Virus record (IMG/VR): IMGVR_UViG_3300017911_002330
Span: 1-25,132 of that record
Length of the DNA stretch: 25,132 nucleotides
Source: a virus
Lineage: Duplodnaviria > Caudoviricetes
Reading direction: 5' to 3' (one strand)
Position numbers and translations under genes: made by a program. The notes under the pieces are model-generated. The model saw only the letters and a list, made by a program, of their open reading frames with translations. It did not search any database and was not told the origin of the DNA. Positions 6,905 through 15,929 of the stretch are shown here, piece after piece; the first letter of the stretch is position 1; each line of letters begins with the position of its first letter.

Positions 6905-7593
6905 AGTGTCGTAGTACTTTTTAAATTCTGGCGTGTTGTATAGAATGTACGAGATACACCAAGCTTAGGCACAAGTTGTCTACACATCAGTGCATCATTA
7001 GGCCATAATCCAAATTCTTTAACTAAATCAAGAAGTTGTTTAGCTCCGCTTGGTTTAATTATATATGCGGAGTTTCCTGCAAGCCCTTGAGGCACAGTAC
7101 GTTTATCAATCCATGGAGATGGCATATATTGTTTAGTCGAATCAATAATATTTTGATAATATTCACGAGCTCTACGTGTACAACCTAATGGATTGTTAAT
7201 ACCAATAATATCAAATCCAGTATCGTTAATATCAAAATTTAATGGTTGTTGGAAATATGCGTCATGTTCTAAGATAAGAAATGGTTCATCATTATAAACA
7301 CAATCTTGCCATAACATATAATGACTCAGTGCACATGCAATACGAGCTTTAGGATTACGAGTTACATATGCAGACTTTATTAGGCCAGTCGCAAAATCGG
7401 TTACGATTCCTTGCCATGGATAGTTCCATTCGATTTGAAATGATCGTAGTAATGTATCGACTTGATCTGGAGTTACAGCATCAAAGTGTTTAATCTCAAA
7501 CTTATTACCAACTTTAAACGATGATTCGATTAATCGATTTAATCCAGTCATCGATTCTTGGTTTTCTGTAAGTGCTATACAATAAGCTTTCAT
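6901..7593 (-). CDS. Glycosyltransferase family 25
   Basis: FDAVTP, IACALSHYMLW, LILEHDA, GNSAYIIKPSGAKQLL, PND. Confidence 0.88.
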   Translation of the reverse strand: MKAYCIALTENQESMTGLNRLIESSFKVGNKFEIKHFDAVTPDQVDTLLRSFQIEWNYPWQGIVTDFATGLIKSAYVTRNPKARIACALSHYMLWQDCVYNDEPFLILEHDAYFQQPLNFDINDTGFDIIGINNPLGCTRRAREYYQNIIDSTKQYMPSPWIDKRTVPQGLAGNSAYIIKPSGAKQLLDLVKEFGLWPNDALMCRQLVPKLGVSRTFYTTRQNLKSTTTL

Positions 7594-8279
7594 AATTTAT
7601 GACTCAAATTCAAATTAGTAGTATTATATTTTACTGGGCTAGGATAAACGTATTGCATTCTGATATTGTACGTATTGTAAATAAAGTCAGATTGCTCTAA
7701 ACCATTATGTTCAGCTGCCTGTAGCATTTTCTTTGCGCCCTTTGGTGTTAACGCATATGCTGCAGTGCCAGGAGACATTATGTAGTTTTTATAAAGATTA
7801 TTTTTATGATATTTTAATGGATAATCATCTGGAAAATCATGCACACCTTCAATAAAAATTTGTTTATAGTTTCTTAGCCTTGAATGTTTAGCCAAACTAG
7901 TAGGAGGTAAAAATGCATATTCGTATGATAAAAAACAAAATTCGTCGAAATCAAATCCAGAATAAGAATTTATACAAATAGCATCGTGCTCCGCAAAAAC
8001 CATTGGCTGATCTAATTCTATCACCTTTTTACAGAAATGTAAATTATTAAATAGACAACTTTTTTTAACTTTATATTTTCTAGCGTTTTGCTGAGAAAAA
8101 TCGTGAAATCTGCTACTTACTGTATTTGAATATGGAAAATCATTTTCATTTAAAGTATCTGGCGTAATACCTTTATTTAATTCAGCATCCCAATTGTATT
8201 TCTTAAAAGAATCTAATGACTCTTTTGCCTGACTAACCGAAGCTTTAACTGAATCGACATATGTAATCTGGACTTTCAT
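7590..8279 (-). CDS. Glycosyltransferase family 25-like (divergent)
   Basis: GITP, SCLFNN, FAEHDA, PGTAAYALTPKGAKKML, QSD. Confidence 0.78.
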   Translation of the reverse strand: MKVQITYVDSVKASVSQAKESLDSFKKYNWDAELNKGITPDTLNENDFPYSNTVSSRFHDFSQQNARKYKVKKSCLFNNLHFCKKVIELDQPMVFAEHDAICINSYSGFDFDEFCFLSYEYAFLPPTSLAKHSRLRNYKQIFIEGVHDFPDDYPLKYHKNNLYKNYIMSPGTAAYALTPKGAKKMLQAAEHNGLEQSDFIYNTYNIRMQYVYPSPVKYNTTNLNLSHKL

Positions 8280-8551
8280 TAACGAGCTTTACGCCTTTTT
8301 AATTTATCTTTAATTACAGATTTCTTTTCCTGCTCCCACCAACCATCATCATAGTTATGTGCGTATTGTCTAAGTTTTGCATCCATTTTTTTAGCCATAG
8401 TATATGCTTCATCAAGTCTGACTTCAATATCTTCAAATGCTGGATGATTATCAAGTTCAGTACAGATTATATCATAGATTTCTCTATGTACTTCGCAAAT
8501 AGTTCTGCCAAAGTTTTCATTGTAAGTTGCTTCTTTTATAGATCTATTCAT
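8279..8551 (-). CDS. Hypothetical protein (90 aa)
   Basis: Coupled ORF within the operon (ATGA/TAATG overlaps). Confidence 0.75.
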   Translation of the reverse strand: MNRSIKEATYNENFGRTICEVHREIYDIICTELDNHPAFEDIEVRLDEAYTMAKKMDAKLRQYAHNYDDGWWEQEKKSVIKDKLKRRKAR

Positions 8552-9159
8552 AGCTGTATCTTAAATTGATTTTTACCGTGTTGTTCTAAATTATAATTAT
8601 ATTTTGCAACAAATTCATTAACTGCTTTCTTTACACCGCCTTTATCTCCTTTACTTCCCCATTTATAATCATCACCTAAAATCACACCATTTGGTTTTAG
8701 TACCTTTAAACAATTTTCTAGGTCGTTGATTACGCCAGTGTAAGAATGATCTCCATCGATATAAATCCAATCTAGTTTTTCACCGTCAAAGGAATTAAAC
8801 CAATCGGTAGAATTCATTCGACAGATCTCTACATTTTTATAAGGCTTAAACCTATCAACTACGCGATTATACACTCCATCATAATATTTTTCAAAATGTT
8901 GTTCAGATTTTCCACCAGTTAATTTTGCATAATTATTATAATATTTTTCATAACTAAATGTAGGATCATTTGCTTCATCTGCAGGAATATATCCACGTAT
9001 TGAATAAGGATCTACTAAATACAGTTTTTTAGGATTACACTTTTTAACTATTTGAATTGAGGTGCTTCCTTCCCAAACACCAATTTCAGCTCCTATTGTA
9101 TTAGGTTCAATTAATTTTAATATATTTACTGAATCGGTGTTATTGGGATGTCCCATCAT
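8548..9159 (-). CDS. Class I SAM-dependent methyltransferase (Methyltransf_24-like)
   Basis: GAEIGVWEG motif I, LYLVDPY, DWIYIDGDHSY, LKPNGVILGDDY, GVKKAV. ATG at 9159 overlaps the upstream stop. Confidence 0.9.
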   Translation of the reverse strand: MMGHPNNTDSVNILKLIEPNTIGAEIGVWEGSTSIQIVKKCNPKKLYLVDPYSIRGYIPADEANDPTFSYEKYYNNYAKLTGGKSEQHFEKYYDGVYNRVVDRFKPYKNVEICRMNSTDWFNSFDGEKLDWIYIDGDHSYTGVINDLENCLKVLKPNGVILGDDYKWGSKGDKGGVKKAVNEFVAKYNYNLEQHGKNQFKIQL

Positions 9160-9851
9160 TTTGTTATACTCCAATAGTTTTTTTGCGCGCCAGTATCAAA
9201 ATCATAACCAAACATATCAATATCTTCTTTATACCAATCTGCTACAAGTTGAATTGTTTTATCTGTATATAAATCTTTATATGTGCCTTCATTCAATGCC
9301 GTGACATTCCGAGCTCGAGACATTGAAGGAATTTTAAAATAAGCACAAAGATCCTCGTTTAGTTTTTCAAAGCGCATCATATCACACATTAGATTTCCTT
9401 TGCCATCAGTAACATGATCAAAAGCTGGATACCAACCCCGAATAGCGCGATGCCACATATATGGTTGACCACCCCATTCGTCACGTTCTTCAAGAAAATG
9501 TTCAAATGAATCTAGCTTATATTTACCGATAGGAGCATCATCTTTCTTTTCAACAAAAGTAGTTTTACGAGCAAAGAAATAACGAGATACTACTCGATCC
9601 CATGGATTACGAGCAACAGCAAAAGCCTGATATCCTTGGCGAATAGTAGCCTTAACATCTCTCCATCTTGCATGCTCAAAACCATGATGATCACCAATAG
9701 AATTCATTTGGTTCAGAACTGCTTTTGTATATGCAGGTGACTTGTGCGCATTTGGGCCAGCCACAATAATCTTATCTCCTAACATCGGACTACGACGAAT
9801 AGTCATTCCTGCGCATTTAGGAATATGAATAAATAATTTTTTATCAAACAC
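9156..9851 (-). CDS. Sulfotransferase family 2 (PAPS-dependent carbohydrate sulfotransferase-like)
   Basis: LFIHIPKCAGMTI (5'-PSB), ARNPWDRVVSRY (3'-PB), RFEKL, Y..DI..FGYDF C-terminus. Confidence 0.88.
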   Translation of the reverse strand: MFDKKLFIHIPKCAGMTIRRSPMLGDKIIVAGPNAHKSPAYTKAVLNQMNSIGDHHGFEHARWRDVKATIRQGYQAFAVARNPWDRVVSRYFFARKTTFVEKKDDAPIGKYKLDSFEHFLEERDEWGGQPYMWHRAIRGWYPAFDHVTDGKGNLMCDMMRFEKLNEDLCAYFKIPSMSRARNVTALNEGTYKDLYTDKTIQLVADWYKEDIDMFGYDFDTGAQKNYWSITK

Positions 9852-10632
9852 GGCTCATAAGCTCCTCTACATTCTCACCACGATTAGGCAATTTATCTTT
9901 CATAAAGAAATGTATAAAATGCCCCTTTTTCATGTATTCATCTGGTACTGCAGTGAACAAAACATTCCATTTCCAATTTAATCTAAATACTGGTATATTT
10001 TTTGCTTTGAACCAATAATTCAACGTCATTTGATCTGATTGCCATTTTAAGTGCCCAGTACCATCGATAAAATCTTTAAGCATCGGTTGATATAAAAATT
10101 CTTTAGGTGACATACCATTTAGTGCTTTTTTCATTTTGACAGTATTATATAACATAACACCTGAATTAAAAAATTCACCACCAGTTCTTGGTTTAAAATT
10201 CCAATCATACTGTCTGTAATTTTCCCAGCATTTAGTTGAGTAATTTTTAATCTGATTTGCATAACGATCATTAATCGGCAAATCACATTCATATATAGAA
10301 CCTACCGTAAAGTCATCAGGCATTTCATCAAATATATTTGGTGCTGTTGGTCTAATATAAATGTCAGCATCAATTACACAGCATTGATCATAATCATCAA
10401 AATGATCAAAGACATTTTCTTTTTCAAAAATAGGCATATATCCGCCATACTTTTCCCAAGCTTGCGGATTTCTATTTGTTGTAAAAATATCTGGCTTAAT
10501 TCTTAATATTGCGTGATTAAGTACTTTATAATCAGCACCTATTCTTTCAGCATATTCTTTTACAGATTGAGTACAATGGTTATAAAGTTTATTTCTTTTT
10601 CCGATATAAACCTGGTATATGAGACGTTTCAT
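9844..10632 (-). CDS. GT-A fold glycosyltransferase (GT8-like), paralog 2
   Basis: FEK, VIDADIY (DxD), FNSGVMLY, SDQMTLN, WKWN, FIHFF. Confidence 0.85.
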   Translation of the reverse strand: MKRLIYQVYIGKRNKLYNHCTQSVKEYAERIGADYKVLNHAILRIKPDIFTTNRNPQAWEKYGGYMPIFEKENVFDHFDDYDQCCVIDADIYIRPTAPNIFDEMPDDFTVGSIYECDLPINDRYANQIKNYSTKCWENYRQYDWNFKPRTGGEFFNSGVMLYNTVKMKKALNGMSPKEFLYQPMLKDFIDGTGHLKWQSDQMTLNYWFKAKNIPVFRLNWKWNVLFTAVPDEYMKKGHFIHFFMKDKLPNRGENVEELMSRV

Positions 10633-11426
10633 TCTACAACTTTCATTAATTCTTCTATATTCTCACCTTGACTAGGTAACTTATCCTTTAAGAAGAAGTG
10701 TACAAAGTTACAGTCTTTGATCTTTTCGCTTGCAGTGTATAATCCATTCCATTTCCAATGTAGATTATTTACCTTCATTTTTTCTTCTTTGACCCATACA
10801 TTCAATAGAGTCTGATCAGTTGACCATTTCCATGCGCCCATTCCATCTACAAATGGCTTAAATCGTGGACGAGATAAGAATTGCTTTGGCGTTTCACCAT
10901 TCAAATATTTTGAGATAGATTTATTTAAGACCATAATGCCCATATTATAAAAATCTGCACCACAGCCTTTTGGACATTTCCAATCAAATAATTTATTGAT
11001 AGGGTTCATACCATATTGCATACGAGAATAGTTTGCGATCTTACGTGTATATTGTGGCGTAATTGGCATATCACGTTCTAAGACACCAGCAAAGTCACAA
11101 TCAGTGCCTGCGTCAGTAAATATAGACTCATTGCACTCTGGACGAATCCAAACATCAGCATCAATAATTGCCACTTGATCATAGGATCTAAGGTATGTAA
11201 AGGCATTTTCTTTTTCAAATATTGGCAAATAACCAAGTTTTTTCCAACCGCCTGTTTTACCTTCACGCTGATTCGTAAACGGATCTGGCTTTATCATTAA
11301 AATAGGTGTGCGCTGACATTCATAGTCAGCGCCGATACGTTTAGCATATTCTTTGACGGATTGAGTACAGTGATCGTATAGCTTAGATCGTTTACCTGTG
11401 TAAACTTGATAGATCAGTTGTTTCAT
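10629..11426 (-). CDS. GT-A fold glycosyltransferase (GT8-like), paralog 1
   Basis: FEK, IIDADVW, YNMGIMVL, TDQTLLN, WKWN, FVHFF; closely similar to the next gene. Start at MKQLIY. Confidence 0.85.
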   Translation of the reverse strand: MKQLIYQVYTGKRSKLYDHCTQSVKEYAKRIGADYECQRTPILMIKPDPFTNQREGKTGGWKKLGYLPIFEKENAFTYLRSYDQVAIIDADVWIRPECNESIFTDAGTDCDFAGVLERDMPITPQYTRKIANYSRMQYGMNPINKLFDWKCPKGCGADFYNMGIMVLNKSISKYLNGETPKQFLSRPRFKPFVDGMGAWKWSTDQTLLNVWVKEEKMKVNNLHWKWNGLYTASEKIKDCNFVHFFLKDKLPSQGENIEELMKVVE

Positions 11427-11634
11427 TCTCATAACTTTCTATAATCTTATTGGCAATTTCCATTGCCTCTTTAAATCGCTTACGAAAACGATTCTTTTTT
11501 GCACCATTATCAATGAAATAATATAAGCTATCTATATCGCTATTATAATCAGGTAAATCAAATGTCTTACGATAAGATACAATAGACTCAAACTCAGATC
11601 GTAGTCGTAATAGTTCAGCCAACGATGTAGTCAT
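11392..11634 (-). CDS. Hypothetical protein (80 aa)
   Basis: Start MTTSL with SD GGAG; ORF within the operon. Confidence 0.7.
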   Translation of the reverse strand: MTTSLAELLRLRSEFESIVSYRKTFDLPDYNSDIDSLYYFIDNGAKKNRFRKRFKEAMEIANKIIESYENETTDLSSLHR

Positions 11635-12202
11635 AAACTTCACTCCAATTTGCCATTAGTGGAATTCCATTGTCATAGTTCATGTTATGAGCATGTTCGA
11701 TCAATAGTGATTCGAGACCAAGCGAAACACCTAACTCAGCATTCTCTACTTTATCTTCGATCCATAGATGACCACTATCACGATATGGCTCAAGAACTTC
11801 GTCTTTATCAGCACCTGTATCACAAAAGATAAACCGTTCAAATGCTGTCTCACCAAAAAGCTTCTTAGTATTTTTGATACGAAGCTCTTGAGCCGTGGGT
11901 TCTAATGATAGAGAAGTGATCATATGGAAAACATATCCATGTTTACGATGCAACAAGTCGACATAGTACATAGCATCACGAAGAGGAGGGAGGAACCCTA
12001 TCGCTGATGATTCGTTAAAGAACTTTACTAGCTCTTTCTTCTTACGATTCAGCAGACCGTAGCGCTCACCTACGTCATATGCATTCGGATTCTTAGGATC
12101 TACCACATATCCATGGCGTTCCATCCAAGTAGTAAATGCATATTCCCAGTTAAGTAAGACTCCGTCGCAGTCTGTCAAGATCACTTTGTCGAGGTTGTTC
12201 AT
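11615..12202 (-). CDS. HAD-superfamily hydrolase, 5'(3')-deoxyribonucleotidase-like
   Basis: ILTDCDGVL motif I, MITS motif II, K, WIEDK motif IV; SD AAAGGA before MNNLDK. Confidence 0.85.
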   Translation of the reverse strand: MNNLDKVILTDCDGVLLNWEYAFTTWMERHGYVVDPKNPNAYDVGERYGLLNRKKKELVKFFNESSAIGFLPPLRDAMYYVDLLHRKHGYVFHMITSLSLEPTAQELRIKNTKKLFGETAFERFIFCDTGADKDEVLEPYRDSGHLWIEDKVENAELGVSLGLESLLIEHAHNMNYDNGIPLMANWSEVYDYIVG

Positions 12203-12524
12203 GTAATATCCTTTCTCCATCATTATATTTGTATTCTACCATATCTCGAGTACGATGTAAATAGTTATTTTTAAATTTACGTATATTAATATGAGTATTC
12301 CAATATAACCATGACATCATACAGTGCTCTGGATCAAAAAAGAATATTGAGTCTATTAGCCATACAATATTAATTTTGCCGTTGCGTTTACGTTGATATT
12401 GTCTAGCTGATAAAGTCTGATTCGAACTGCCTCCTAAAATTACATTTAGGAGAACGCTAAGTGCAATAGCTATACGTTCGATATATCTAAAGAGCCTTTT
12501 GCTCTTGTGTAAAAGTCTTTTCAT
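12150..12524 (-). CDS. Hypothetical protein with a hydrophobic segment (LLNVILGG..NQTLSAR motif)
   Basis: Start reassigned to MKRLL at 12524; the motif N..LGG...QT.SAR...ID..FF.DPEHC is recalled from phage small proteins. Confidence 0.7.
   Translation of the reverse strand: MKRLLHKSKRLFRYIERIAIALSVLLNVILGGSSNQTLSARQYQRKRNGKINIVWLIDSIFFFDPEHCMMSWLYWNTHINIRKFKNNYLHRTRDMVEYKYNDGERILHEQPRQSDLDRLRRSLT
12233..12261 (-). promoter_or_regulatory. Early/middle-type promoter TTTACA-N17-TAGAAT with extended -10 TG
   Basis: -35 at 12256-12261, -10 at 12233-12238; upstream of the HAD/glyco operon. Confidence 0.8.
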
Positions 12525-12657
12525 TATATAGCTTAGCATCAATCTTATATTTCGAAGGTTTGTTAATGTGTTTAATTTTGAGATCACGTTCTTGTGATTC
12601 ATGCTTATGTTTTCCACGTTTTTTATTACGAGAATCAAAGCGACTAAACTTAGCCAT
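12487..12657 (-). CDS. Small basic hypothetical protein (56 aa) MAKFSRFDSRNKKRGKHKHE...
   Basis: Not in track; TAATG coupling to the glutaredoxin stop; open to TAG at 12487-12489. Confidence 0.7.
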   Translation of the reverse strand: MAKFSRFDSRNKKRGKHKHESQERDLKIKHINKPSKYKIDAKLYNEKTFTQEQKAL

Positions 12658-12905
12658 TAGATATTTTCCTGTCCGAAATTACGAGTATTTTCTATTTCTT
12701 GTGCAAGCTCGGTATAACCACCGATATACTTGTCATTCCACCAAATTTGAGGAACCGTTCGAGTACCAGGTGCCTTTTCATGCAATTCTGCAAGTTTTTC
12801 TTGACTATCAATCAATTCGTATTTAAATTGTAAGTCATATTGCTTACAGAGATCTTTCGCTCGTTCACAGAACGGGCATGTAGATGTTCCCCAAATTTCT
12901 ACCAT
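12657..12905 (-). CDS. Glutaredoxin
   Basis: CPFC active site, RTVPQIW, YIGGY. Confidence 0.95.
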   Translation of the reverse strand: MVEIWGTSTCPFCERAKDLCKQYDLQFKYELIDSQEKLAELHEKAPGTRTVPQIWWNDKYIGGYTELAQEIENTRNFGQENI

Positions 12906-13591
12906 TATTCTATCTCCAACATTTCTTTTGTCATAATATAATCTCTTACCATACCAGAGCGAACGATATCATCCCAACCAAACTGAACAATTGAAAAATC
13001 TTTCATCTGTTCCATAATTTTCATAAACTTAAAGATACCTTCTTTTTCATCTTCAAACCTAAAATCTGTTTGACGATAATCGCCACAGAAAATAATACGT
13101 GAATTACGACCAACTCGAGTAATTACAGAATCTAGTTCATGAAAGTTTAGGTTCTGCATTTCGTCTACAATAATAATTGAATCATCAAATGTAGCACCGC
13201 GAATAAACGATGTCGACTCAAACTGGATCTGACCAGCTGTAGTCATTTTACCCCAAGATGTTTTATCATTAAATAATTCACTGCAAATGTTACGATAAGG
13301 GAGTGTATACATTTGCTTTTTTTCTTCGGCCGTACCGGGTAAAAATCCCATATCTCTGGTCGGTACTGCAGAACGAATAATAATTATTCTGCGATAGTAG
13401 TTGTCTGGATCTAGCATCTCTTCGAGAGCCATATACATGGCAATAAAAGTCTTACCTGTGCCTGCAGATCCTGCTAAGACTAAGTTATCTCCTTCGTCCC
13501 AAGTTTCGAATGCTGTTTGTTGATTCAGCGTGATTGGCTCGTATTCCATTAGGTCATCGAGCTTTACGGTTAAAGAATTATTTTTTGCCAT
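12905..13591 (-). CDS. phoH: PhoH-family ATPase
   Basis: GSAGTGKT Walker A, RDMGFLPG, FIRGATF, IVDEMQN, TRVG, GDYRQTD, DIVRS. Confidence 0.95.
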   Translation of the reverse strand: MAKNNSLTVKLDDLMEYEPITLNQQTAFETWDEGDNLVLAGSAGTGKTFIAMYMALEEMLDPDNYYRRIIIIRSAVPTRDMGFLPGTAEEKKQMYTLPYRNICSELFNDKTSWGKMTTAGQIQFESTSFIRGATFDDSIIIVDEMQNLNFHELDSVITRVGRNSRIIFCGDYRQTDFRFEDEKEGIFKFMKIMEQMKDFSIVQFGWDDIVRSGMVRDYIMTKEMLEIE

Positions 13592-13824
13592 TATGTGTTA
13601 ATCGAATTATCTCTACCAGAACCTGATTTTACTCTACTCAATACGTCCTTAAATCCGCTTGGAACTTTAGATTGTAAACTACCAACTCCACCCACTATTC
13701 GTGGTGCTGATAAAACTTGACTGACATTAGGCATCTCATCAAGTATAACTTGTAATTCATTATATGAACAAATAACATCCCAGTGGTCATTTGTCTTATT
13801 ATCTTTCAATGTGTAAGTTGGCAT
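13591..13824 (-). CDS. Small conserved T4-like protein (FmdB-like MPTY start, lacking CxxC)
   Basis: MPTYTLKD...LSAPRIVGGVG...GFKDVL; typical neighbour of phoH. Confidence 0.7.
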   Translation of the reverse strand: MPTYTLKDNKTNDHWDVICSYNELQVILDEMPNVSQVLSAPRIVGGVGSLQSKVPSGFKDVLSRVKSGSGRDNSINT

Positions 13825-13840
13825 ATTATATCCTTGATAT

Positions 13841-13864
13841 CCGGCTGGAGATTGCCCCAGCCGG
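13841..13864 (-). other. GC-rich intergenic stem-loop
   Basis: CCGGCTGG-N8-CCAGCCGG perfect 8-bp stem (extends to 10 bp with G.U on the minus strand); no U-tract. Confidence 0.7.
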
Positions 13865-13872
13865 CAAATCTC

Positions 13873-14040
13873 CTATTGCATTGTTAATTGTTTCTCAGTT
13901 ATATGATTTATTAAAAACTCTTTTTTCTTGGTTAATTTGCTAATTAAACCATCATCCACTCTCTTTCTATTTCTGAGTTTTTGAATATAAGTTTCTAGTT
14001 CAACGACATCTTGTTCGAGTCTTTCAAACTGAGCGGTCAT
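13873..14040 (-). CDS. Small coiled-coil hypothetical protein (55 aa) MTAQFERLEQDVVELETYIQKL...
   Basis: Not in track; SD AGGAG 5 nt upstream. Confidence 0.75.
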   Translation of the reverse strand: MTAQFERLEQDVVELETYIQKLRNRKRVDDGLISKLTKKKEFLINHITEKQLTMQ

Positions 14041-14058
14041 GCAATCTCCTATTTTTTA

Positions 14059-14490
14059 TTATTTTACTATAAGTTTTGGAAAAGCCTCTTGAACCAATTT
14101 CTTCGTAATGCCACCTCCTATATTTTCTTTATCTTTCATGCCGATTAGAAGCTCGGCATCGGCGGGGTGAATCGCTTCTAACATTTCAATAAAGAGTCGT
14201 TCTCTACGAACGGCTGGTAACTTGTCACCGGCAAGACCAGAAACAAAATGCTTAAACTTTGTATGTTGTTTATGCAATGACGATGGAATGCTTTCTTCTT
14301 TTGCTGGCTCATACGGTGGTGTGCCAGGCGGAAGATTCCATTTTACTAAATCATCATACGTACCACGTAGAACATCCTTTAATGCCCAACATTCATACTG
14401 TTGTAGTACCTCAATCTTATCCTTACGAGATTTAGCCTTTCGTGCTTTATCAATAATCTCGTGGACTTGTAACGAAACTTTTTCAACCAT
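14059..14490 (-). CDS. Conserved T4-like phage protein downstream of RNase H (DUF6433-like)
   Basis: W.LP.G.PPY, RRERLFIEMLE.IHP.DAELL, IT.KLV.EAFP motifs; family name from memory. Confidence 0.75.
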   Translation of the reverse strand: MVEKVSLQVHEIIDKARKAKSRKDKIEVLQQYECWALKDVLRGTYDDLVKWNLPPGTPPYEPAKEESIPSSLHKQHTKFKHFVSGLAGDKLPAVRRERLFIEMLEAIHPADAELLIGMKDKENIGGGITKKLVQEAFPKLIVK

Positions 14491-15332
14491 TAAATAAAAT
14501 CCTTAATATCATCTATTAAACGTCTGCAACGTTTTTCTACAAGGAATGGGAAAACCTTGCCTCTATTATCATATCTATCTTGAAATGTGAACTGATTTAG
14601 AATTTCTTCTTGTAGTTCTTTGGGTGTCGAGCTTAGATCGATGAGTCTACGATTGCGCTGAATATTCCGTAGAACTTCAGGACCCTGAGATGAGGGATCT
14701 TCCATTAACGCTTCCATAATTGGCTTACGTAATGGCGTTTGTCTTTCACCGTCTACGAACACATTATCTCCTGATAATACATTGGGTACACCATCAGATG
14801 TATCACCCTTTAATATCAATTCTAACAACTGTTTTCTTGGATGCTCTACTTTTATATATTTCTTTTGCATAGGCGAATATTGAGAAATATTGTCATATTT
14901 TTGCAATTGTGCAAAATCTTTATCAGCAGATATAATCATAACATTTTCGTGCTGACCAAACTCTTGAGTATTTTCACATAGTACACCAACAATATCATCG
15001 GCCTCACAGCCATCAACTTTGATTGTCTTATAAGGAAAGTTTTCACCTAGCTCGTCCCATACCATATTTGTAATACGAAACACTTCATTCCAATCAATTG
15101 TAGAAGTCTTACGGTTTTTCTTACGTGCCGCTTTATATTGAGGGAAAGCTTTATAACGCCAATTGTTACCTGCATCACCAGCAATAACGACTTCGCCATA
15201 TTTCTCTTTAAACATAGAGCGATACATACGAATAGAATTTAAAATCATATGACGAATAAGATTTTCATCGATGTCTAATTTCTGTGTTACGATATTGCTA
15301 ATAGCGATGCCGTTATAGTCAATAATAATCAT
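14490..15332 (-). CDS. rnh: T4-type RNase H / 5'-3' exonuclease (FEN family)
   Basis: IIIDYN, WR...FPQYKAAR, EADD, ISADKDFAQL, LKGDTSDGVPNVLS, RNRRLIDL. Confidence 0.95.
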   Translation of the reverse strand: MIIIDYNGIAISNIVTQKLDIDENLIRHMILNSIRMYRSMFKEKYGEVVIAGDAGNNWRYKAFPQYKAARKKNRKTSTIDWNEVFRITNMVWDELGENFPYKTIKVDGCEADDIVGVLCENTQEFGQHENVMIISADKDFAQLQKYDNISQYSPMQKKYIKVEHPRKQLLELILKGDTSDGVPNVLSGDNVFVDGERQTPLRKPIMEALMEDPSSQGPEVLRNIQRNRRLIDLSSTPKELQEEILNQFTFQDRYDNRGKVFPFLVEKRCRRLIDDIKDFI

Positions 15333-15354
15333 TACAATCTCCAATCATTTGTGT

Positions 15355-15786
15355 CTATTCTAACACATCTGAATCTGATTGTACACTTAAAATGTGCTTT
15401 CGATGGATTTTTCCACCGATAAATGCGTTATAATATTCTTTGGGCTTTAGTAGTACATCATACTTAAGTTGATATTTCATCTCGTAGTATGAACATTCGC
15501 CTTTCGTTCTACACAGTTTAAGTATTTCTCTCTTATAGTTAGATTCGCCTTTTTCTTCTACAAGCTGCTGGACCTCTTTACTCGATCCATAGTATTTGCG
15601 CCAATCAGATTCTGCTCTTGTTCTGACTCTACGCTTTCGTGTTTTTGTTTTAGGGAGAATCTTAGGCTTCCAGAAGAATTTCTTACCGATATACTTCATA
15701 CCAGTATCGAGCTCTGTTATCATATAAACAAACCCCTGATATTCCTCAGGGGTCTGATTGAATTCTTCGTTATTATATGTCCACAT
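15355..15786 (-). CDS. GIY-YIG nuclease-family protein
   Basis: GFVYMITE...KYIGKK, W.KYYGSS, REIL, YYE, YYN. Confidence 0.85.
   Translation of the reverse strand: MWTYNNEEFNQTPEEYQGFVYMITELDTGMKYIGKKFFWKPKILPKTKTRKRRVRTRAESDWRKYYGSSKEVQQLVEEKGESNYKREILKLCRTKGECSYYEMKYQLKYDVLLKPKEYYNAFIGGKIHRKHILSVQSDSDVLE
15357..15385 (-). promoter_or_regulatory. Early/middle-type promoter TGTACA-N17-TAGAAT with extended -10
   Basis: -35 at 15380-15385, -10 at 15357-15362; embedded in the 3' end of the GIY-YIG gene, upstream of rnh. Confidence 0.78.
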
Positions 15787-15920
15787 TACTCATCAATTTC
15801 TTCGAAGTCTGCAGATTCTCCACACATTGGGCAAACTGAAGGTGCCTCATCTCCTTCTAATACAATCACTTTTGTTACATGATCACATATATCGCATTCA
15901 GTCCAATATGTTTCTTCCAT
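15786..15920 (-). CDS. Small zinc-ribbon/rubredoxin-like protein (44 aa)
   Basis: Not in track: MEETYWTECDICDH...SVCPMCGESADFEEIDE; two CxxC motifs; SD AAGGAG. Confidence 0.85.
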   Translation of the reverse strand: MEETYWTECDICDHVTKVIVLEGDEAPSVCPMCGESADFEEIDE

Positions 15921-15929
15921 TGCTGCTCC

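Noticed and set aside
15355-15786. GIY-YIG gene as a mobile homing endonuclease or intron ORF
   Set aside because: Short, no C-terminal DNA-binding repeats, no interrupted flanking gene or intron structure.
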